Shown here in pieces: positions 29,542 to 39,311 of a stretch of DNA of 64,000 bases (its first letter is position 1; each line of letters opens with the position of its first letter). Under the pieces are notes generated by a model, which saw only the letters and a program-made list of their open reading frames with translations, did no database searches and was not told where the DNA came from. Position numbers and translations under genes: made by a program. This DNA is from an uncultured Candidatus Saccharibacteria bacterium. GTDB lineage: Bacteria > Patescibacteriota > Minisyncoccia > Phycocordibacterales > UBA9973. The stretch covers positions 40,132-104,131 of the forward strand of contig CAZUZL010000001.1 of assembly GCA_964625065.1 (NCBI GenBank). Reading direction: 5' to 3'.

Positions 29542-29988
29542 TTATTCAACCTTTATTGTTCTAAAGCTAGAACAGCATTCTGAATCGTCCGAACAACATT
29601 CGACAGAAATTTGTTCATCGGAAGGTTCGGGATAATCCTCCTTAAAATACTCTTTAGCAATATCGGGTAATTTTAAAGCGTCACTTTCTTTTTTAGATTC
29701 TTCGGAATCAAATGGTTGGTGATGAAGCATTTTACCATATATCATATCGCAGTGTCTGCTATATAGTTTAGTATTTAAAATGTGTTGATGCCATACATCA
29801 TCTACATCTTTGGTTGGGATTATAGGTTTCTCTTGAACTGCTGTAATGTACAAATATTGTCTGTACCTTATGAGTGCATTTTTAATCCTTTGGTCTGACC
29901 AATCAAGTTTCTTTTGAATCTGTTTGGTTAAAAAATCCATATCAATTGACTGGATTGTTGTAAGTAAGTGGTCGTCGATTTTATGCAT
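29542..29988 (-). CDS. Hypothetical protein with a His-rich core and Cys-rich C-terminal tail
   Basis: 148 aa; DVWHQHIL...HCDMIYGKMLHH; C-terminal ECCSDDSECCSS. Confidence 0.4.
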   Translation of the reverse strand: MHKIDDHLLTTIQSIDMDFLTKQIQKKLDWSDQRIKNALIRYRQYLYITAVQEKPIIPTKDVDDVWHQHILNTKLYSRHCDMIYGKMLHHQPFDSEESKKESDALKLPDIAKEYFKEDYPEPSDEQISVECCSDDSECCSSFRTIKVE

Positions 29989-30100
29989 AAAAAATGTATT
30001 AAAATTTGAATATTCTATGAGTTGGATACAGAATATAACATTATATAAATTTTGTCAAGTATAATTTTAATTCAAGATGTTGTTATGGAAACAAATAAAA

Positions 30101-30132
30101 AACCACTGGGTATCTCCTAGTGGTTTTTTATT
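30101..30132 (-). terminator. Intrinsic terminator
   Basis: aaaaaccactgggtatctcctagtggtttttt. Confidence 0.6.
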
Positions 30133-31368
30133 TTAAAGTTTTTTATACCAAGCAAAGCTTTTGCCCTTTTTGATTATATACAAACCATTGTTGTTAGATA
30201 AACCGTCTAGTGTTGCGCCGTCGGTGATTTTTGTACCGCCGACTGAAACAGAACCTTGTTCTATTAGTGTACGGGCTTCACGTTTAGATGTAGCTAGGTT
30301 TAGTTCTACCAACACATCTACAACATCGTTACTACTACCAACTGCGCCTGGTACTTCTGACTGTATCATTTCTATTGCATTAGAACTTACTGTATTACTT
30401 AATGCGTCACCGAACAATACACCTGACACTTCTGCAGCTGCATTTGCTTTATCTGCACCATGGACCATTGTTGTAACTGCCATTGCAAGTTTTTTCTGCC
30501 CTGAACGTGCACTTGGGTTTGCATTATGTTCTGCAACTATGTTTTGTATTTCGTCTAAACTGTAGTCAGTGTAAACTTTTAAAAAGTTTTCTACACCTTC
30601 GTCTGTTGCATTAAACCAAAACTGGTAGAACATGTACGGGCTGGTTTTAGTAGCGTCTAACCATACTGCACCACCTTCAGACTTACCAAACTTTTTACCA
30701 GTTTTAGGGTCTACAACTAACGGTGCGGTTATGACATACACATCGGCGCCTTCTTTTTTATGAACAAGTTCTATACCAGCTACCATGTTACCCCATTGGT
30801 CAGATGCACCTATTTGTACTGTACAGTTTTTATTTTTAAACAAATACCAGAAATCGTACGCCTGTAACAAACTATATGAAAATTCTGTATAAGAGAAAAA
30901 GTTTTCAGATTCCAATCTAGTTTTAATAGATTCACGGCCCAGCAATGTATGCACTGAAAAATATTTACCAACATCACGAAGGAACTCTACCGTAGACATT
31001 GGTTGTGTCCAGTCGTAGTTGTTTACCATGTCAAAATGCCCGTCGCCAAACAGTGTGGTAATTTGTTTTTTCAAAGCCATTGCATTTTGTGCAACTTGTT
31101 CTGTTGTTAGTAGGTTGCGTTCGTCGCTTTTGCCAGACGGGTCGCCTATCATACCTGTAGCGCCACCTAGTAGTACAACTACATTATGGCCTGCCTGTTT
31201 AAGGCGTTTAAGTAACATAAATACAGCCAAATGCCCCACGTGCAACGAATCTGCTGTTGGGTCTGTGCCTAGGTATATGGTGCGTGGTTCGTTTATATAA
31301 CTTGCAACACTTTCGTTAGAAACTTGTTGCACATGCCCGCGAGCCACTAATTGTTCATATAATGTCAT
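30133..31368 (-). CDS. tyrS: Tyrosine--tRNA ligase
   Basis: HVGHL (HIGH) and KFGKS (KMSKS) motifs; C-terminal S4 domain; start taken at MTLYEQL. Confidence 0.9.
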   Translation of the reverse strand: MTLYEQLVARGHVQQVSNESVASYINEPRTIYLGTDPTADSLHVGHLAVFMLLKRLKQAGHNVVVLLGGATGMIGDPSGKSDERNLLTTEQVAQNAMALKKQITTLFGDGHFDMVNNYDWTQPMSTVEFLRDVGKYFSVHTLLGRESIKTRLESENFFSYTEFSYSLLQAYDFWYLFKNKNCTVQIGASDQWGNMVAGIELVHKKEGADVYVITAPLVVDPKTGKKFGKSEGGAVWLDATKTSPYMFYQFWFNATDEGVENFLKVYTDYSLDEIQNIVAEHNANPSARSGQKKLAMAVTTMVHGADKANAAAEVSGVLFGDALSNTVSSNAIEMIQSEVPGAVGSSNDVVDVLVELNLATSKREARTLIEQGSVSVGGTKITDGATLDGLSNNNGLYIIKKGKSFAWYKKL

Positions 31369-31448
31369 ACATATATAGTACACGAAAATTTCACGGTGTA
31401 AACAAAAAAGCCTGTAAACAATGTCTACAGGCTTCTAATATTAGAACT

Positions 31449-32387
31449 TTATTTTTTACCAAAGAATGAAATAATTCTTTGGTCTAATATTGCAATTTCA
31501 TCAATTAAGTCAATCTTTTGATACTTTAATCGTTCTATGATGGAGGTCTTTACACCTACTGCCGTTTCCAAGTCATAAGTTTGTACTTTTTTCTGCATAA
31601 AGGCAATTGACTTTTGTTTCAAATCAACATGCAGATCAACAAAAAACTTTCTATTCATTGAATCATTATCAGGGAAATACCCGAAATCAGATATTCTATA
31701 ACGGGCAAATGCTATAAATTTATGAAAATCACCGTCTGCTCTTTCCATCTGTTCTTCGGCAACAGTAATGGTCTTTTTTGTAGACTCAGAATGAGCTTCA
31801 AGGAATTTTTGAAAAAAATCTTCCCACTTACTAGATCGTGGCGAAAGCAATAATTCGTATGCTTTATCCCAGATTTCAAGATCGTATAAATTTATAGATT
31901 TGGTCAACATATCAATCTGACGAAGCAGTGCATCAAAAAATATTTCGTTTATTTCAGTCGGACTGGTCATTTGAAAAAAGTTTTTTTCTTCCTCGGAATT
32001 CAATAACTTTCGATACATGTCGTAATCTAATATAAAATAATTACGATTTTCATCCTTACCTGTAATCCACTTGTTCATAAACTTTTCAAACAATTGTATT
32101 TTTTCTTCTCTAGTAATACATTGTTCGTCGGATTTTACGTCATAATATGATTTTGGAAGGTAAAGAGCTCTAACAAAACTCTCCGTAAAAGACATTGTTT
32201 CAATTAAGTTGTTAAACATATCCATTACCTGTTTCTTGTTTAATAAATTTTCTTTTCTACTCAATGCATTTGAAAGAATAAAAAATTTTGCATTACATGT
32301 TTTATCCGATGACTGATTGTGGTCAAGGTAACTTCCTAATCCATCGAGGTTGTAGCCATTAAAGGGGTCAATTTTTTGTGCTTTCAT
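31449..32387 (-). CDS. Hypothetical protein
   Basis: 312 aa ORF, no motif. Confidence 0.45.
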   Translation of the reverse strand: MKAQKIDPFNGYNLDGLGSYLDHNQSSDKTCNAKFFILSNALSRKENLLNKKQVMDMFNNLIETMSFTESFVRALYLPKSYYDVKSDEQCITREEKIQLFEKFMNKWITGKDENRNYFILDYDMYRKLLNSEEEKNFFQMTSPTEINEIFFDALLRQIDMLTKSINLYDLEIWDKAYELLLSPRSSKWEDFFQKFLEAHSESTKKTITVAEEQMERADGDFHKFIAFARYRISDFGYFPDNDSMNRKFFVDLHVDLKQKSIAFMQKKVQTYDLETAVGVKTSIIERLKYQKIDLIDEIAILDQRIISFFGKK

Positions 32388-32499
32388 GATATATATTTAA
32401 TTTTAAAATTTACTCTATTAAACCACATTTTAAAAAACATTGCAAACAAAAAACTTGGAAGCCAGGCTTCCAAGTTTTTTATATCTGTTTCGTGTAACG

Positions 32500-34263
32500 C
32501 TAGCCCAGTGTTGCCTTTAGGCGGCGCACTCCTTGTGAAACCGATTCTTCTTTACCTATTGTTACGTGGCCTATGTCAGCTGTATTTGTAACGTGTGGCC
32601 CACCACAGAATTCTTTCGACACATACGCATCAGCAGGGTCCTGTATTGTATAGACACTAACTACGTCTGGGTACTTGGCACCGAACTCCATTTCTGCACC
32701 CAGTGCCTCTGCCTCGGCCTTTGGCATTTCGCGACGAATAACGGGTAAACCTGCACTGACCCAACCGTTTACCAAGTCTTCTACCCTTTTCTTTTCTTCG
32801 TCTGTTACCTTTCTGTCGAATGCAAAATCTATGCGTAAACGTTCTTCTGTAATGTTACTACCTTTTTGTTTAACAGATTTACCTAACACTTCTTGCAACG
32901 CAGCTAAAACCAAATGGTGTGCAGTGTGTAGTTTTATAGTTTGTTCATTTGTATTTGCAAGGCCGCCGCGGAACATACCTGCAGATGCAGACTGAGAAAG
33001 TTTTTGGTGTTCCTTCATTTGTGCATCAAACTTTGCACGGTCTATTGTTATGCCTTTTTCTTTTGCTAATTCTTCGGTAAGTTCAATCGGAAAACCATAT
33101 GTGGTTGCAAGCACGAATGGGTCTACACCACGTTCGAATTCCTTCAAGCCTAATTCTAGTGTTTTTCTAAACTTTAATTCTTCTACTCTAATCACTTCAT
33201 GAATATGTTGTTCATTTTCATGGGTAAAATTCTTAAAATATATTTCTTTGTATTTATAGAAAAATGAAGCCACCATCTTTACAAGTGTAAAGTTACTCCA
33301 AAATCCAAGTTGGTCTGATCGTAAAACTGCTCGTCTTATAAGACGACGTAACACATACCCCTGATCTTTATTACTCGGTATTACACCGTCAGCTATTAAA
33401 AAAGTAGCTGTTCGCATATGATCCATCACTATTCTCATTAATTTCTCAGAGTACTTATCTCCTGAAATACTCTTGAGATTAATTTTTATATCTTCAAATA
33501 TATCCGTATCATATGCAGTCTTCTTGCCTTGCATTACAGCAGTTATACGTTCTAAGCCTGCACCAGTGTCTACGTTTTTCTGGGCTAGTTTACCTATTAC
33601 CTTTCCGTCTTTCTTTTCAAATTCCATGAAAACGTCGTTCCAGATTTCGATAAAGTTTTCAGATTTAACTTGTTCAACAAATTCTTCTTTACTTAAAACT
33701 TTTCCAACAAACATTTCTTCCATGTCGTAGAACATTTCAGAACATGGGCCACATGGGCCGTTGTCGCCTGGGCTCCAGAAGTTGTCTTCTGCAGGTAGTG
33801 CATATATGCGGTGTTCGGGTATACCTAACGACATCCATATATTTTTTGATTCTTCATCTAGTGGTGCACTTTCGTCACCTTCGAAAATTGTAACTGCAAG
33901 TCTGTTTGCATCTAAGCCTAAACCTTCTTCTTTGCTAGTTAAAAATTCGTAACTCCATTTTATGGCGTCTTCCTTAAAGTAGTCGCCCAAAGACCAGTTA
34001 CCCATCATTTCAAAAAAAGAAAAATGTCTGTTGTCGCCAATGTCGTCTAGGTCGCCTGTACGTACACATTTTTGTACATCAGCAATACGTGTACCCATTG
34101 GGTGTTTTGTACCCATCAAATATGGTACCAACGGTTGCATGCCGGCAGTATTAAAAAGCACCGAAGGGTCGTTTTCAGGCACAAGTGAAGCCGACGGTAT
34201 AATAGCGTGGCCCCGTTTAGCAAAAAAGTCTAAAAACTTTTTACGAATTTCTGTTGAAGTCAT
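32500..34263 (-). CDS. alaS: Alanine--tRNA ligase (short form, ~588 aa)
   Basis: N-terminal MTSTEIRKKFLDFF; class-II catalytic core; editing-domain HTAHHLV and CGGPHV motifs. The ORF-track N-terminal extension is rejected because it runs into the promoter region. Confidence 0.88.
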   Translation of the reverse strand: MTSTEIRKKFLDFFAKRGHAIIPSASLVPENDPSVLFNTAGMQPLVPYLMGTKHPMGTRIADVQKCVRTGDLDDIGDNRHFSFFEMMGNWSLGDYFKEDAIKWSYEFLTSKEEGLGLDANRLAVTIFEGDESAPLDEESKNIWMSLGIPEHRIYALPAEDNFWSPGDNGPCGPCSEMFYDMEEMFVGKVLSKEEFVEQVKSENFIEIWNDVFMEFEKKDGKVIGKLAQKNVDTGAGLERITAVMQGKKTAYDTDIFEDIKINLKSISGDKYSEKLMRIVMDHMRTATFLIADGVIPSNKDQGYVLRRLIRRAVLRSDQLGFWSNFTLVKMVASFFYKYKEIYFKNFTHENEQHIHEVIRVEELKFRKTLELGLKEFERGVDPFVLATTYGFPIELTEELAKEKGITIDRAKFDAQMKEHQKLSQSASAGMFRGGLANTNEQTIKLHTAHHLVLAALQEVLGKSVKQKGSNITEERLRIDFAFDRKVTDEEKKRVEDLVNGWVSAGLPVIRREMPKAEAEALGAEMEFGAKYPDVVSVYTIQDPADAYVSKEFCGGPHVTNTADIGHVTIGKEESVSQGVRRLKATLG

Positions 34264-34303
34264 ATGGGTATAATCTAGCATAAAAAATGGGTATAATAAA
34301 GAA

Positions 34304-34733
34304 ATGAGAAACCCCCACTCGGCCTCCCCCTTATCAAGGGGAGGAGAAAAACATCCATTTATACCATATAAAAAAGAACTCCCTGAAAAAGCACGAGAGT
34401 TAAGAAATAATGTAACAAAGGCAGAAGAAAAATTATGGCATGAAGTTTTAAGAAACAAGCAATTTTTAGGATTTAGATTTGTGCGACAAAAGCCATTGAA
34501 ATATTTTATTGCAGATTTTTATTGTGCCAAACTTATGCTTGTTATAGAAGTGGATGGTAGTGTACACAACAAAATAAAAGAACGAGATGCTGAGAGAACA
34601 GAAATATTAAAAGGAATACATAATATAAAAGTGGTTCGATATACAAATGAAAATATTCTAAAAAGAATTGGCTGGGTTAAAGAAAGTTTAGAAAAAGAAA
34701 TTATTCAAAGAGAAACTGAACTTTCACAATAAG
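34304..34733 (+). CDS. DUF559 (Vsr-like endonuclease fold) protein
   Basis: EKLWHEVLRNKQFLGFRFVRQKP...ADFYCAKLMLVIEVDG...ERDAERTEILKGIHNIKVVRY is a typical DUF559 signature. Confidence 0.7.
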
Positions 34734-34780
34734 CAGTTAAATTCCCTCCCTTGATAAGGGGAGGGTTAGGGTGGGGTTTC
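34304..34780. mobile_element. About 480-bp cassette: DUF559 ORF bracketed by ~37-bp imperfect terminal inverted repeats
   Basis: IR-L gaaacccccactcggcctcccccttatcaaggggagg (34308-34344) against the reverse complement of IR-R ccctcccttgataaggggagggttagggtggggtttc (34744-34780); each arm also holds a CCCCTT..AAGGGG palindrome. Confidence 0.55.
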
Positions 34781-34901
34781 TTGTTATTTTGCATACATAT
34801 ATAATGTATGCTATAGTCCATGTATTACCTGTCACTTCTGTGCCAGGCATTTTTATTAAAAATTAAATAATGGGGAGTTTCCCTAAAAACTAAATAAATA
34901 T

Positions 34902-36176
34902 ATGTTTGATTTAAAGACAATGAAATTGGCGATGGACCAATTGGAACAAGAAAAGAAAATACCAAAAGACAAAATACTAGAAGCTATCGAACATTCGTTA
35001 GCTGCAGCTTATAAAAAAGAATACGGAAAGAAAGGCCAGATAGTACGTTGTAAGTTTAACTTAGACGACGGTACTACTAGTTTCTACCAAGTTAAAATAA
35101 CTGTAGACGAATCTGTTGTTCGTATTGTTGCCGAAGGTGAAGAAGAAACTGAGATAGTAGCCGAAGGCGACGAACGTTCACGGTACAACGAAGAACACCA
35201 CATAATGATAGACGATGCACGTCGTATAAAGGAAAACGCTCAACTAGAAGACGAAGTTATATTTCCATTAGAAGACAAAGCCGACTTTGGCCGTATTGCT
35301 GCACAAACTGCAAAGCAAGTTATAATTCAGAAAATCCGTGATGCAGAACGCAGTACTATAATCGACGAATACGGTAGTAAAGAAGGCGAAATAGTTCATG
35401 GACATGTAGAAAAATTTGAAAACGGAATTGTATATGTAGACTTCAACCGTGCCAAAGGTATAATACCTCGCGAAGAACAAATTCCTGGTGAACGTTTCGA
35501 ACGTGGCGACAGAATCAGTGCGTACCTATTTTCTGTAGAGGAAGGCATGCGTGGAGTTAACCTACGACTGTCACGTTCACACCCACAGTTTGTTAAAGCT
35601 TTGTTTGAAATCGAAGCCCCTGAAATAGCAACTGGTGTTGTAGAAATAAAATCTATTGCCCGCGAAGCCGGTAGTAGAACTAAAATAGCAGTTTCATCGA
35701 ACGACCCACACGTAGACCCGACAGGTGCATGTGTTGGCGGACGTGGTGTACGCGTTACAACAGTAACCAACGAAATCAACGGTGAAAAAATCGACGTTAT
35801 CGAATGGTCAGAAGACCCAGCCATATATGTAGCCAAGGCTTTAGCCCCTGCAAAAGTATTAGACATACAAATAGACGAAGCTGAACACCAAGCAAAAGTT
35901 GAAGTTGCCGAAGACCAACTTTCATTAGCTATCGGTAAGGGCGGACAAAACGTACGCCTAGCAGCAAAACTTACTGGATGGCGTATTGATATCAAGGGTC
36001 AAAAAGGTGAAGTTATACAAGGAGGCGACGATATTTTCGGTGACGTAGAGGCAGAAGAAAGCGACGCTGAAATAGAAGAAACAGTTGCGGAAGACAAAAC
36101 TATACCTGAAGAAAACACAGTGACTGAAGTTCTAGAAGAAGTTGAAAAAGTTATCGAAGAAGAAACAAAAGAGTAA
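34902..36176 (+). CDS. nusA: Transcription termination/antitermination factor NusA
   Basis: S1 domain and two KH domains (GACVGGRGVRV), plus an acidic C-terminal tail. Confidence 0.9.
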   Translation: MFDLKTMKLAMDQLEQEKKIPKDKILEAIEHSLAAAYKKEYGKKGQIVRCKFNLDDGTTSFYQVKITVDESVVRIVAEGEEETEIVAEGDERSRYNEEHHIMIDDARRIKENAQLEDEVIFPLEDKADFGRIAAQTAKQVIIQKIRDAERSTIIDEYGSKEGEIVHGHVEKFENGIVYVDFNRAKGIIPREEQIPGERFERGDRISAYLFSVEEGMRGVNLRLSRSHPQFVKALFEIEAPEIATGVVEIKSIAREAGSRTKIAVSSNDPHVDPTGACVGGRGVRVTTVTNEINGEKIDVIEWSEDPAIYVAKALAPAKVLDIQIDEAEHQAKVEVAEDQLSLAIGKGGQNVRLAAKLTGWRIDIKGQKGEVIQGGDDIFGDVEAEESDAEIEETVAEDKTIPEENTVTEVLEEVEKVIEEETKE

Positions 36177-36278
36177 TTTTATTAATCTAATTTAAGAGGT
36201 TACTGAACTCACTGTAAACTGTTCACTGACCACTGTTAACTATTTATGGCCAACATAGACCACAAACCAAGTAAGTTC

Positions 36279-36839
36279 ATGATGAACTTACTACACATAT
36301 TGCCACCATATACTAATGGCGACAAAACAACTGTAAACGCACTTATAGAAATAAACCCTTCAACTATAAATAAGTACGAATTTATAACTGAAACCGGACA
36401 TTTGAAACTAGACCGCGTTGGATATTCGTCTCTTGCATACCCTATTACCTACGGTGCTATACCCCAAACATGGGACCACGACGGCGACATGTTAGACATA
36501 GTTATAGCAAACGTAACTGAACCACTTATACCAGGTTCATTAGCAGAAGCCCGCATAATAGGTGTAATGGAATTCGAAGACAGTGGCGAACGCGACGACA
36601 AGATAATTGCCGTTCTAGCCGACGACAAACGTATGGACCACATAACCCACTACGAACAACTAGGCGAACACTGGCAGGACGAAACCATGCACTATTTCGA
36701 ACACTACAAAGACCTTAAAAAACCTGGTTTATGTAAAGTGTTAGGTTTCTATGGTGTAACCGAAGCCGTAGCTATAGTCGACGACTGTGCTAACCGTTAC
36801 AACACAGATTACTTACCTAAGTTTGAAAAAGAGGCTTAA
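36279..36839 (+). CDS. ppa: Inorganic pyrophosphatase (family I)
   Basis: YPITYGAIPQTWDHDGDMLDIVI...DDKIIAV motifs; start taken at MMNLL. Confidence 0.85.
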   Translation: MMNLLHILPPYTNGDKTTVNALIEINPSTINKYEFITETGHLKLDRVGYSSLAYPITYGAIPQTWDHDGDMLDIVIANVTEPLIPGSLAEARIIGVMEFEDSGERDDKIIAVLADDKRMDHITHYEQLGEHWQDETMHYFEHYKDLKKPGLCKVLGFYGVTEAVAIVDDCANRYNTDYLPKFEKEA

Positions 36840-36850
36840 AAACCTCAGAT

Positions 36851-36883
36851 AAAAAGCACCCCCTTGGCGGGGTGCTTTTTTGT
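36851..36883 (+). terminator. Intrinsic terminator
   Basis: aagcacccccttggcggggtgcttttttg. Confidence 0.65.
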
Positions 36884-36918
36884 AATATTATGCTAGTATG
36901 AACGTCATCATGTACGTA

Positions 36919-37449
36919 ATGAAGGAATTAGTTAAAAAATGCTTAATAGGTATCGCCTTCCTCACCCTTTTTGCTGGGGGTCTTGCACATGCCGAGACTA
37001 CAGACAATAAGGCCGGAACTGACACCAAAGAAGTAATAAAAGCTGACAAACCAGCCTCTCTTACTGCCAAGGAACAACGCGACCAATACGAAGCTATATA
37101 CAAACAATTGACCAAAGTGTATACAAAAATAGCCGATGGCGTAGACAAACTACAAGCAGCAGACGAAGACACAATTGCAATAGAAAAGAAACTCCTAGAT
37201 GCTAAAAAGTCTCTATTAGATGCAGATAAAATACTACATCCTAAACTAGAAACAAAGGCTGACATTAAAAGCGACTCTAAGGTAGACAGTACAAAAACAG
37301 ATGTTGTTACTACAACTACATTAACACTGGTAGACACAAACAAGAAACCAGTAGTTAAGAAAGACATCAAAAACGTACTCGAAACTGCCCAAAAGCAACT
37401 TAAAGAATCTCTAAATCTATTAAAAGAATTCATTATCGATTCGAACTAA
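36919..37449 (+). CDS. Secreted Lys/Asp-rich hypothetical protein
   Basis: Signal peptide MKELVKKCLIGIAFLTLFAGGLAHA; low-complexity charged sequence. Confidence 0.5.
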   Translation: MKELVKKCLIGIAFLTLFAGGLAHAETTDNKAGTDTKEVIKADKPASLTAKEQRDQYEAIYKQLTKVYTKIADGVDKLQAADEDTIAIEKKLLDAKKSLLDADKILHPKLETKADIKSDSKVDSTKTDVVTTTTLTLVDTNKKPVVKKDIKNVLETAQKQLKESLNLLKEFIIDSN

Positions 37450-37462
37450 CGAATAAACACAT

Positions 37463-37498
37463 AAAAAAACCCGGAACAATGTTCCGGTTTTGTGTTTT
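37463..37498 (+). terminator. Intrinsic terminator
   Basis: aaacccggaacaatgttccggttttgtgtttt. Confidence 0.65.
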
Positions 37499-37502
37499 AA
37501 AA

Positions 37503-37535
37503 ATATTGACATAAGTATATACATTGTATATACTT
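37503..37535 (+). promoter_or_regulatory. Sigma70-like promoter with palindromic operator upstream of mazEF
   Basis: TTGACA -17 bp- TATACT; the duplicated gtatatac palindrome overlaps the -10. Confidence 0.5.
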
Positions 37536-37540
37536 AATGC

Positions 37541-37780
37541 ATGACTACAACAATACAAAAATGGGGTAATAGTTTAGGGGTACGAATTCCTAAAAACATA
37601 GCTACTAATATGGGTCTAAAGGCTGGTAGTGGTGTTTTTGTTTCTGAAAAAGACGGAATTATGATTTTAGAGAAAAAATCAAAATTACTGAATCTTAAAA
37701 AAGCTATGAAAGACTACACACCTGAAAATTACCACCAAGAAGTCGACTGGGGTACCCCTGTCGGTAAAGAAATATGGTAA
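37541..37780 (+). CDS. mazE: MazE/PemI-family antitoxin (AbrB/SpoVT-type DNA-binding domain)
   Basis: MTTTIQKWGNSLGVRIPK swapped-hairpin motif. Confidence 0.8.
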   Translation: MTTTIQKWGNSLGVRIPKNIATNMGLKAGSGVFVSEKDGIMILEKKSKLLNLKKAMKDYTPENYHQEVDWGTPVGKEIW

Positions 37781-38109
37781 AAAAATATATTCCAAAACAG
37801 GGTGACATTATTCTGATATCTTTTGACCCAACAGTCGGACATGAACAACGCGGTAGTCGCCCAGCTATTGTTGTGTCTGCCACAGAGTACAACACTCGTA
37901 CTGGTATGATGCTTGTGTGTCCAGTAACATCTAAGGGTAAAGGTTATATTTTTGAAGTAAAAATTAAAGGAAATAAAATAAACGGGTTTATATTAGTAGA
38001 CCAAATTCGTTCAATGGACTGGTTCGCACGAAAACCAAAATTTGTAGAGAAATGCAAGACAGAAGAACTTTCACAAATCAAACTACTAATAGCAAGTTTA
38101 GTACAATAA
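37774..38109 (+). CDS. mazF: MazF/PemK-family endoribonuclease toxin
   Basis: YIPKQGDIILISFDPTVGHEQRGSRPAIVVS motif; 7-nt overlap with mazE. Confidence 0.85.
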   Translation: MVKKYIPKQGDIILISFDPTVGHEQRGSRPAIVVSATEYNTRTGMMLVCPVTSKGKGYIFEVKIKGNKINGFILVDQIRSMDWFARKPKFVEKCKTEELSQIKLLIASLVQ

Positions 38110-38183
38110 CGTAATGAAGAAACACCTTCCAGCAATGGAGGGTGTTTTTTGACAAAAGGCCTATTTTCTACTACACTATTGCC

Positions 38184-39269
38184 ATGTCAAAAGAAATAAA
38201 ACCCATAAAAACAGCAGTGGAAAAACAACCAGGCAGTAACGTAGAAGTCAAAGTAACACTTGCTTGGGCTGACGTTGCTAGTTATAAAGACGCAGTTATG
38301 TTGTCTATTCAGAAAGACTACGAAGCCGACGGTTTCCGTAAAGGCAATGTGCCTATTGCAACTATAGAGAAAAACGTTTCTGCTTCTCTTGTAAACGAAA
38401 TGATGGCCGAAGAAGCCCTAAACGATATATACCCTACTATACTAAAAGACAACAACATTGACGCTCTTGGACGACCTGAAGTTATATTTACAAAACTAGC
38501 CGATGGTAACGATGTAGAATGCACCATTAAAACTGCGGTATACCCAGAATTTACACTACCTGATTACAAAAAAATTGCTAAGACTGTTGTAAAAGAAGTT
38601 GTAGAACCAAAAGAAGGCTTTGCAGCTACAGACGAAGAAGTAACACAAGCATTCAAAGAACTGCAACATATGCGCGCCCACCAAGAAATGCACAAGGAAG
38701 GTGGCCACGATGAACACGACCACAACCATGCACCGATAGATGAAAAAGACTACCCTGAAGTAAACGAAGCATTTGCAGGAAGTTTCGGTTTCGAAGACTT
38801 AGAAAAAATGCGTGAAAAAGTTCGCGAAAATCTTAAGAAAGAAAAAGAACAAAAACACTCAGAGAAAAAGCGTTTAGCTATAGTTGAAAAAGTTATCGAA
38901 GAAACAACCATCGACATACCACAATCAATAATAGACACTGAACTAGACCAAATGGTAGCCCGCATGCGCCACGATATACAAATGATGGGTATGGTATTCG
39001 ACGACTACCTAGTGCACCTGAAGAAAACAGAAGCCGAACTACGCACAGACTACACACCAGACGCAATAAAACGTGCAAAACTGAACTTTATCGTAGAAAA
39101 ACTAGCATTGTCTGAAAACCTTAAACCAACAGACGAAGAAACAGAAAAAGAAATCCAAAAAATAATGGAAGCCTACCCCGACGCAGACCGTACCAGTGCA
39201 ACCATGTACATAACAACAACACTGACAAACCAAAAAGTTTTTGACTTCCTAGAAAAATCAGCGCAGTAG
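38184..39269 (+). CDS. tig: Trigger factor
   Basis: N-terminal ribosome-binding domain GFRKGNVP; ~360 aa with an acidic/His-rich insert; start at MSKEIKPI. Confidence 0.8.
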   Translation: MSKEIKPIKTAVEKQPGSNVEVKVTLAWADVASYKDAVMLSIQKDYEADGFRKGNVPIATIEKNVSASLVNEMMAEEALNDIYPTILKDNNIDALGRPEVIFTKLADGNDVECTIKTAVYPEFTLPDYKKIAKTVVKEVVEPKEGFAATDEEVTQAFKELQHMRAHQEMHKEGGHDEHDHNHAPIDEKDYPEVNEAFAGSFGFEDLEKMREKVRENLKKEKEQKHSEKKRLAIVEKVIEETTIDIPQSIIDTELDQMVARMRHDIQMMGMVFDDYLVHLKKTEAELRTDYTPDAIKRAKLNFIVEKLALSENLKPTDEETEKEIQKIMEAYPDADRTSATMYITTTLTNQKVFDFLEKSAQ

Positions 39270-39280
39270 ATTATAGAAAT

Positions 39281-39308
39281 AAAAACTCCCTTAGGGGGTG
39301 TTTTTATT
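39281..39308 (+). terminator. Intrinsic terminator
   Basis: aaaaactcccttagggggtgttttt. Confidence 0.55.
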
Positions 39309-39311
39309 TCC

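Noticed and set aside
34264-34458. N-terminal 65-aa extension of alaS in the ORF track
   Set aside because: It contains promoter-like TATAAT boxes and has a non-AlaRS sequence; the conserved N-terminus begins at MTSTEIRKKF.
35396-35995. 199-aa minus-strand ORF inside nusA
   Set aside because: It is antisense to a confidently identified nusA.
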